Positions 17,258 to 18,401 of a stretch of DNA of 18,401 bases are shown in pieces. This DNA comes from Candidatus Methanomethylicia archaeon (GTDB lineage: Archaea > Thermoproteota > Methanomethylicia > CALHIW01): contig JAWBQF010000041.1 of assembly GCA_038845975.1 (NCBI GenBank), positions 1 through 18,401 of the forward strand, read 5' to 3'. Made by a program: the position numbers and the translations under genes. Each line of letters opens with the position of its first letter. The first letter of the stretch is position 1. Under the pieces are notes generated by a model. The model was not told where the DNA came from. It worked only from the letters and a program-made list of their open reading frames with translations, and searched no databases.

Positions 17258-17794
17258 TTATGCTAAATATAGCTTAAGATTTGCATTCAGTCGTGGTATA
17301 AGAGCCATTAGGGTGCCGTAATATGTTAAATCTCTTCTAAGCAAAGTATTTCCTGTTAGTAAGCTTATAAATCCTCCCTTTTCACCTATATTTCTAGTTC
17401 CATATATTTCGTCAACAACAGATTCAAGCTCATCAGCTTCACCTTTAACTATTTTCTCAACAATAAATAACGGTACCTCGAATGATGGGCTTAAACCATA
17501 GGTAAACCAACCATTACGATCAACTATAGCTACAACCTGAATGTCAAACCATCTATCATTAACACTATATATGCCCGCCTCAGCACCAACACCGTGATCG
17601 GCATCAACCATTCTAATAGCATTTAGAGCTCTACTTATAGCTCCTTTAAATATCATATCTAAACCGAAGGGCTGACGTGGGATATTAGATGAGACTTTAA
17701 GAGGCTTAAACTCAACATTAGCAAAAAACTTTAAGTAAGCCTCTCTAATACCTTCAATCTTAGATTTATTCATACTGCCAATAGCGATGATCAT
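17258..17794 (-). CDS. yjjX: Inosine/xanthosine triphosphatase (non-canonical purine NTPase)
   Basis: IAIGSMNKSKI, VSSNIPRQPFG, GAISRA, GVGAEAG, GEKGGFISLLT..RRDL..MALIP. Confidence 0.9.
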   Translation of the reverse strand: MIIAIGSMNKSKIEGIREAYLKFFANVEFKPLKVSSNIPRQPFGLDMIFKGAISRALNAIRMVDADHGVGAEAGIYSVNDRWFDIQVVAIVDRNGWFTYGLSPSFEVPLFIVEKIVKGEADELESVVDEIYGTRNIGEKGGFISLLTGNTLLRRDLTYYGTLMALIPRLNANLKLYLA

Positions 17795-17840
17795 GAGTAA
17801 ACAAATCTTAAAGCCATATATTTTTAGTGGTATACTCTAA

Positions 17841-17890
17841 GGAAGTGGCAACTTAAGAAGAAAGCTACAATATGCTAAGTTGACAGATCT
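17841..17890. mobile_element. 50-bp ultra-miniature IS6-derived element
   Basis: IS6-type ends ggaagtggcaacttaag (17841-17857) and revcomp agatctgtcaacttagc (17874-17890) separated by 16 bp; TSD tactctaa (17833-17840) / tattctaa (17891-17898). Confidence 0.75.
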
Positions 17891-18295
17891 TATTCTAATT
17901 AGCATGCCAGAAATATATTACATACTAGATGTAAAATATCCGATACCGTTAAGGCTAAGTATACTAAGACGTTATTGGTAATGCTTAGTGAACTTCAGGA
18001 AGTACTTGAAGGAAAATTGATTTAAAGAGATTATTCAATACTCCTTGAAGTAGAGATCCAATCCTCTAAAAGAACTTTCGGATTCACTTCTTAAATATCT
18101 TCTAATGAATTCGCATGGAGGAATAATCCGATAAACTCTATCTGCTTGAATTGATAAGTATCCTCTAATCTAAATAAAGATAAGCATTTGATTTTAAACG
18201 ATATTTAGATCCGCGACTTAGGAGGAAGTTAAAATATGCTAGGCTGCTAATATGTTTAATCGAAATGTTTAAATTGCTTAAGTGATTTTACCTGT

Positions 18296-18401
18296 ATGGA
18301 GTTTGGAACTGTTGCCTCAACTTTTCCACCTATATCTGATGCGTCTAGAACTGTGAAAAGAGTTGAGGAGAAGGGTTATGATTCGGTATGGTTTCCAGAT
18401 C
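18296..18401 (+). CDS. LLM-class flavin/F420-dependent oxidoreductase, 5' partial (runs off the window)
   Basis: MEFGTVASTFPPISDASRTVKRVEEKGYDSVWFPD matches the luciferase-like E..G(F/Y)DSVW.PDH N-terminus; TATA tttaaat at 18268-18274. Confidence 0.75.
   Translation, partial: MEFGTVASTFPPISDASRTVKRVEEKGYDSVWFPD

Noticed and set aside
17905-18030. RNILH..-containing frame as a HEPN toxin relic
   Set aside because: Motif spacing is off (not RX4H), no start codon, and too short to support
1-18401. CRISPR array, tRNA or rRNA genes
   Set aside because: No regularly spaced repeats and no GC-rich cloverleaf or rRNA-like segments seen

Overview
AT-rich archaeal genomic window, probably a thermophilic Thermoproteota/TACK lineage (inferred from gene content and BRE-TATA promoters). 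Only about 57% is covered by intact genes. Intact genes: GMP synthase subunit B, a 4xCBS protein with an HPF/RaiA-like C-terminus (HibA-type ribosome hibernation factor candidate), MscS, pelota, a UPF0175/DUF3368-PIN toxin-antitoxin-like pair, a cysteine-synthase-family PLP enzyme, a single-NRD NrpR regulator, a convergent three-gene operon (tandem CX2CX14CX9C protein, NfnS/SudB, and NfnL/SudA with a degenerate NADPH-binding motif), a small Zn-finger protein, a YjjX-type ITPase/XTPase and the start of an LLM-class oxidoreductase. The long intergenic spaces hold three decayed IS6-family elements, one decayed IS5-family element, a 131-bp and a 50-bp MITE with TIRs and 8-bp target duplications, pseudogene relics and a dispersed repeat. 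Highlights: the atypical Nfn module, an exact 139-bp duplication of the cysteine synthase promoter and 5' end bracketing the TA pair, and a candidate C/D-box sRNA whose D' guide would direct 2'-O-methylation of tRNA-Trp C34.
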